This document shows, one piece after another, positions 27,201 to 28,673 of a stretch of 28,673 bases of DNA (the stretch's first letter is position 1; each line of letters begins with the position of its first letter). The stretch is from Catajapyx aquilonaris. Lineage: Eukaryota. The position numbers were made by a program, and so were the translations under genes. The stretch spans positions 62,001 through 90,673 of the forward strand of contig KZ538257.1 in assembly GCA_000934665.2 (NCBI GenBank), given 5' to 3'. A model generated the notes under the pieces. It did no database searches, was not told the origin of the DNA, and saw only the letters and a program-made list of their open reading frames with translations.

Positions 27201-27830
27201 AAGAAGGCGTGGTGCAAAGAGCCCTAGCTTCAGGTATAACATTAGAGACCCATATCTTCCCCAAATTACCTTACTAAAATGATGATGGTTCATTCTGCAA
27301 CCATAAACCAGACTAACAACAATTTCTCTACAGGTGTGAGCTCGAGCCAGATTCTGTTTGGGCAGATGGTGGTCCAGCTATTCTTCTTCATCATCCAACT
27401 GATCGGCATGTACGTGGTCATATACTTCTACGTGGGTTTGCCCTTAAATGCCTCCATAGTGTGGAACTTGCTGCTGGCCATGATGCAGTGTGGGTGCGGG
27501 ATCAGCTGCGGGTTCCTCCTGGCCATCTTCGCTTCCAATATGACCTTTCTGGTGGTGCTCATCTTCTCGTGGTTCTTCCCAGCATTCATTATGAGCAGCA
27601 CCCTTTGGCCTCTGGAGGGAATACACCACAACTGGCTCAGGATTGTCTGTCTGGGATTTCCGACTACATGGGCCACTGAGGCGGCCAGAAGCATGGCCAT
27701 GAGAGGCTGGGGGCTCTTTCACCATGGGGTCTGGCCAGGGTTTGTCTCAACAGTGGTCTGGACTGCGTTCTTCACGATGGTTACACTCCTTTGTATAAGG
27801 CTATTCAAGAGGAATCCTCTGGTGCAGTAG
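24260..27830 (+). CDS. ABC transporter subfamily H-like half-transporter (NBD-TMD), copy 2, about 718 aa, 9 coding exons
   Basis: Exons 24260-24408, 24475-24789, 24851-24958, 25878-26306, 26363-26567, 26660-26837, 26903-27089, 27145-27233, 27334-27830 = 2157 nt, in frame, all GT-AG. Motifs [46 protein letters not shown] and WPLEG...RGWG are present. Several exon lengths (205, 178, 89) equal those of copy 1. Confidence 0.94.
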
Positions 27831-28417
27831 TCACTGCCGGATGAGCAGACCAGAGCAGGTGTCGCACCGGACAAACTTGAAGCTCATATCAAGAACAAAC
27901 CATTGTTGCACTCTGAAATTGGCTCCTTATTAATTGCTGGTTAATTATTTCCAACAATTAATAAGAGGGTAGGCTTCAGTCCGATCTAGTTCTTCATATT
28001 TGTTGTATTATTTCAAACTATTTTATAGCATGCAAAATACGAAATGTGGCCTGTTGACAACGTGTGAGATTACCGGGCAGGTAAATTTCAATTAAACTCA
28101 CTGATTTTACATCGATGTTCACTGTTGCTTTTCACATGACAGAGTGTATTTCAGCAGCTGGCGTTTTACAGGGGACATGGCATATTATCGATATCACCAG
28201 TGCATTATTTATAGTTCTACCTGAATGCAGATTTGTGGAACATTTCATTCCCGATCATTTGATATGCATCAGAACACCACTTGAAATAAATTGTCCGTCC
28301 TGTTCAATTTATTGTTGCCGACAGATGTTGCAATAATATCTCCGTGGGAGATTATTTTGACATTCTTCTGTGTGCGCATGTTTTTAATATTTGAATAAAC
28401 TCACAATCTGAATCTGA

Positions 28418-28673
28418 GGGGTATAAACCGAAAAGGGCGGGGAGGAGGCCCACCGCAGGCGAAAATTTTTGGGGTTCAAGGTCACACGAGCTCAGGTGAA
28501 AGTGGGAGATTTGATGAAATTGCTGGTAGCACTTTTTTCAAAAAAATGAATTAGTAATTTGAAAACATGATTTTTTAAAAACATTTCCCTATGGAAGCAT
28601 TGGAAAGTTAAAATACTCATTTTATCTAGTGTAAGTCGAAAAATTTCGGGGGGCTCGAGCACCCTGCCCCCCC
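28418..28673. mobile_element. Possible non-autonomous DNA-transposon fragment (hAT-like) running off the window end
   Basis: GC-rich CCGCAGGCGAAAATTTTTGGGG near the start and GGGGGGCTCGAGCACCCTGCCCCCC at the end resemble MITE sub-termini. No complete TIR pair is visible. Confidence 0.3.

Overview
Eukaryotic, intron-rich genomic DNA, most likely from an arthropod. This is inferred from the ABCH-type transporters, a TATA + TCAGT initiator promoter and many 50-65 nt introns; the species cannot be determined. Five spliced protein-coding genes can be reconstructed by hand. Two are tandem secreted glycine-rich low-complexity proteins on + (about 21-2012 and 7414-11673; the second spans a 201-N assembly gap). 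One is a mitochondrial adrenodoxin-type [2Fe-2S] ferredoxin on - (15785-14498). Two are diverged tandem ABCH-type half-transporters on + (16670-21113 and 24260-27830). Introns and intergenic DNA hold three copies or fragments of one tRNA-derived SINE family, at least five unrelated palindromic MITE-like elements, a probable Helitron/Helentron-type remnant and a compound microsatellite. No prokaryote-type system (CRISPR, operon, retron) is present. The most interesting observations are the phase-1 micro-exon architecture and unusual repeats (GGYDRPLGGS, RGD, GPWKGSG) of the glycine-rich genes, a homology-supported GC-AG intron, reciprocal intron gain/loss between the ABCH paralogs, and a possible cuticle/epidermis-themed gene neighbourhood. 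All gene models are manual and lack transcript support.
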